Shown here one piece after another: positions 26,297 through 28,769 of a stretch of DNA of 28,769 bases. The notes under the pieces were generated by a model that saw only the letters and a list, made by a program, of their open reading frames with translations, was not told the DNA's origin and searched no databases. This DNA is from a virus (taxonomy: Duplodnaviria; Heunggongvirae; Uroviricota; Caudoviricetes): IMG/VR virus record IMGVR_UViG_2529292720_000011; one strand, given 5' to 3'. The translations under genes were made by a program, and so were the position numbers. Within the stretch, counting starts at the first letter, position 1. Each line of letters starts with the position of its first letter.

Positions 26297-27241
26297 TTAA
26301 ATACTCCCCGCGTTATACCACCTTCCATTAATGCAATACTGAATTGGCCTTGCCTGAGTTGTATCAATTAATTCATCACGGTTTCCGTTAACTGAACCCG
26401 TAACGACATAACCTGACCTGTCAGACCAGCCGGGACCATTCCATGTCTGAACAGATGACAGACCGCCCAGGCGAATACCTGTAATAAACCTTGAGTTACA
26501 TTCTGCCTGCGTATATGCACCAACATCCCCCGCAGAGGGTTTGCGGGTTGTGGTGTAAAACTCTGACCAGTTAGCTTCAAAGCCATAACCATCACGCGCT
26601 GAACGATAAAAGATACCGCCGTTTTTATAATTCACGCGGAACTGTACAGCAGGGCAACTCCCCGCATTCATATTAAAGTGGAGGATTAATGTCGATGCGC
26701 CACTGATATCTGCATCATAAACGCCGCTATTCCAGTTCCAGCCAACAGCTTTATCATTTGCAACCCTGCTTCCTGTTTGCCCTAAAGCAAATGCAGGCTG
26801 CTGGTTTTTCGTGTTGTAGTCTCGTCGCCAGCCAGGAGCATAAGCATCACCATGATTAATATAGGTGAATTGAGCGTTAGTAATTCCGCCACCGCTGGAT
26901 GTACTCGGCGTAGTAACGCGTATGGTCATTGCGCCGCGAGTGCCAATAACTTCCACCACAGCACCTGCAAGACAAATATTTCCGCAACCTGTATCTGTAA
27001 TGACCTTATTGTTTGCATAAGCCCATGAGCCTTTGCACATCCAGTAAGGATGGTTAAATGCCCCCTGACTCTCCAGCCACGAAATGAATTGTGCGGTTGT
27101 CCAGGTCTGACTATCGCCACCAATATTCAGCCATGCGCTATATGCGCGGCAGGCACCAATATTTTTGGTGAAGGTATCTTTTCCTGGAATATCTGCGCCG
27201 TTCTGTTTTTTCTGTAATGCACCAGAAGCCTGATTTACCGT
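26297..27241 (-). CDS. Alternative tail fibre C-terminal segment (Sv'-like), no start codon, silent in this orientation
   Basis: Minus-strand frame is open from the right crossover site to 26297 (ETVNQASGALQKKQ...ARPIQYCINGRWYNAGSI), with a stop inside the crossover site on its outer side; the ORF track only shows the part after the first Met (26297-27040). Confidence 0.7.
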   Translation of the reverse strand, partial: TVNQASGALQKKQNGADIPGKDTFTKNIGACRAYSAWLNIGGDSQTWTTAQFISWLESQGAFNHPYWMCKGSWAYANNKVITDTGCGNICLAGAVVEVIGTRGAMTIRVTTPSTSSGGGITNAQFTYINHGDAYAPGWRRDYNTKNQQPAFALGQTGSRVANDKAVGWNWNSGVYDADISGASTLILHFNMNAGSCPAVQFRVNYKNGGIFYRSARDGYGFEANWSEFYTTTRKPSAGDVGAYTQAECNSRFITGIRLGGLSSVQTWNGPGWSDRSGYVVTGSVNGNRDELIDTTQARPIQYCINGRWYNAGSI

Positions 27242-27267
27242 TTCCTGTAAACCGAGGTTTTAGATAA
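27242..27267. repeat. Right crossover site (gix/cix-like)
   Basis: ttcctgtaaaccgaggttttagataa, inverted relative to 24315-24340 and about 55 bp upstream of the invertase start. Confidence 0.65.
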
Positions 27268-27321
27268 TGGCCGTTTCTGGCCTGCATGGCATGATTTGCG
27301 CTTTTGGACGGGAGATTCAGT

Positions 27322-27909
27322 GTGCTGATTGGCTATGTAAGGGTATCAACAAATGACCAGAATACAGACCTGCAACGAAACGCTCTTGTTTGTGCAGGAT
27401 GTGAACAGATATTTGAAGATAAATTAAGCGGGACAAAGACAGACCGACCGGGATTAAAACGCGCTTTAAAGCGCCTTCAAAAAGGTGACACGCTGGTTGT
27501 CTGGAAACTGGATCGCCTCGGGCGAAGCATGAAACATCTGATTTCTCTCGTCGGGGAACTACGGGAGCGAGGGATTAATTTTCGCAGTCTGACCGACAGC
27601 ATAGATACATCTTCTCCAATGGGGCGTTTTTTCTTCCACGTGATGGGGGCCCTGGCTGAAATGGAACGTGAATTAATTGTTGAACGTACACTGGCCGGAC
27701 TGGCGGCAGCGCGCGCACGGGGGCGCACAGGCGGACGTCGACCGAAGCTGACAAAAGAACAGCATGAGCAAATAGCAAGGCTGATTAAAAACGGTCACGA
27801 CAGAAAACAACTGGCAATAATTTACGGCATTGGTATATCGACGATTTATCGTTACCACCCCGCAGGAGAACCAAGCGGAACAATTGAGAAGAGTCAGGAA
27901 ACAAAATAA
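27322..27909 (+). CDS. Serine DNA invertase (Gin/Cin/Pin/Hin family)
   Basis: From GTG 27322: VLIGYVRVSTNDQNTDLQRNAL...VVWKLDRLGRSMKHLISLVGELRERGINFRSLTDSIDTSSPMGRFFFHVMGALAEMEREL... with catalytic Ser in YVRVSTNDQ and C-terminal HTH; near-identical pattern to Mu Gin as recalled. Confidence 0.9.
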   Translation: MLIGYVRVSTNDQNTDLQRNALVCAGCEQIFEDKLSGTKTDRPGLKRALKRLQKGDTLVVWKLDRLGRSMKHLISLVGELRERGINFRSLTDSIDTSSPMGRFFFHVMGALAEMERELIVERTLAGLAAARARGRTGGRRPKLTKEQHEQIARLIKNGHDRKQLAIIYGIGISTIYRYHPAGEPSGTIEKSQETK

Positions 27910-27938
27910 CCGCTAATCTGACCATTAGCGGTTTTTGT
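27909..27938. terminator. Bidirectional terminator between invertase and gpU-like gene
   Basis: accgctaat-ctgacc-attagcggt stem followed by TTTTT; A-rich on the other side. Confidence 0.55.
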
Positions 27939-27944
27939 GTTAAA

Positions 27945-28439
27945 TCAGAACATCCCTTTAACTGAACTGGCCGCGCTGTTAAGAGATGATGTCACCTTAT
28001 CTTTGAAGCCGGACAGCATATCGCTGAATGATGAGGATTGCAGGCGCTCCCGCAAATCCTCATCACAGCGTTCAAGTGTCAGTGAAAATTCTATCTTTTT
28101 CGCCTTACCGTAGCGATCAAACTCGGAACGGGTCGTATTCGTTCCGGTCAGGACATACATGCCGTAAATCTGCCCGACACCATCAATCAGAGGCCAGGGG
28201 CGTCCTGTATATGCCTGCGTGGTCAGCAGCGAAAGCGACACTTCGCCACCTGTAATTTCAGGATAAAGCACGCCAGAAAGCACGATGCGATCATCACCTG
28301 CACCGATATACTGCCAGCTTGCTGAGCGGTTTACGCGCTCATTTTTCACATGCCGCCAGCTTTTGTTTTGCTGTAACTGCTGATGCGGCAATGTGCGCAG
28401 CTCAAAAACAAACATGCCGTAGATCATCATCATGGCCAT
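27945..28439 (-). CDS. U: Phage tail protein gpU-like (164 aa), opposite orientation to the rest of the late genes
   Basis: MAMMMIYGMFVFELRTLPHQQLQ...IVLSGVLYPEITGGEVSL... matches the recalled P2 gpU N-terminal pattern. Confidence 0.55.
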   Translation of the reverse strand: MAMMMIYGMFVFELRTLPHQQLQQNKSWRHVKNERVNRSASWQYIGAGDDRIVLSGVLYPEITGGEVSLSLLTTQAYTGRPWPLIDGVGQIYGMYVLTGTNTTRSEFDRYGKAKKIEFSLTLERCDEDLRERLQSSSFSDMLSGFKDKVTSSLNSAASSVKGMF

Positions 28440-28479
28440 GACTCCTCAATCTTTATCGTAAAAACTGCCACGTCCGGCA

Positions 28480-28769
<290 letters not shown>

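Larger units (their letters stand above)
24341..27241. other. Invertible tail-fibre segment (about 2.9 kb, Mu G-segment/P1 C-segment-like)
   Basis: Bounded by the inverted 26-bp sites; contains Sv + U on the plus strand and U' + startless Sv' on the minus strand; invertase gene immediately outside. Confidence 0.65.

Overview
The window is almost entirely one P2-like (Peduovirus-type) temperate prophage, probably from an enterobacterial host, read from its integrase end through the tail-fibre genes. All calls are by eye from the sequence and ORF track; no searches were run. Layout: integrase and an XRE-type repressor module (1-2454, minus strand); divergent promoter/operator region; early operon of small ORFs (2530-5809); rolling-circle replication initiator gpA (5816-8623); a ~3 kb accessory cargo island exactly where P2 carries tin/old (8624-11708); portal Q and terminase P on the minus strand; then O, N, M, L, X, holin, M15-peptidase endolysin, overlapping spanins, R (interrupted by an in-frame TAA), S, V, W, J, I, tail fibre H and assembly protein G. 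Downstream of G is a Mu G-segment/P1 C-segment-like invertible tail-fibre cassette with 26-bp inverted crossover sites and a Gin/Hin-family invertase. The window ends with an orphan, oppositely oriented gpU-like gene abutting the start of an IS21-family transposase, suggesting the tail module is truncated or rearranged. The most interesting region is the A-Q cargo island: a ParM/ParR-like actin-type partition pair, a promoter plus structured RNA leader, and two unknown proteins flanked by terminators and repeat-dense DNA.
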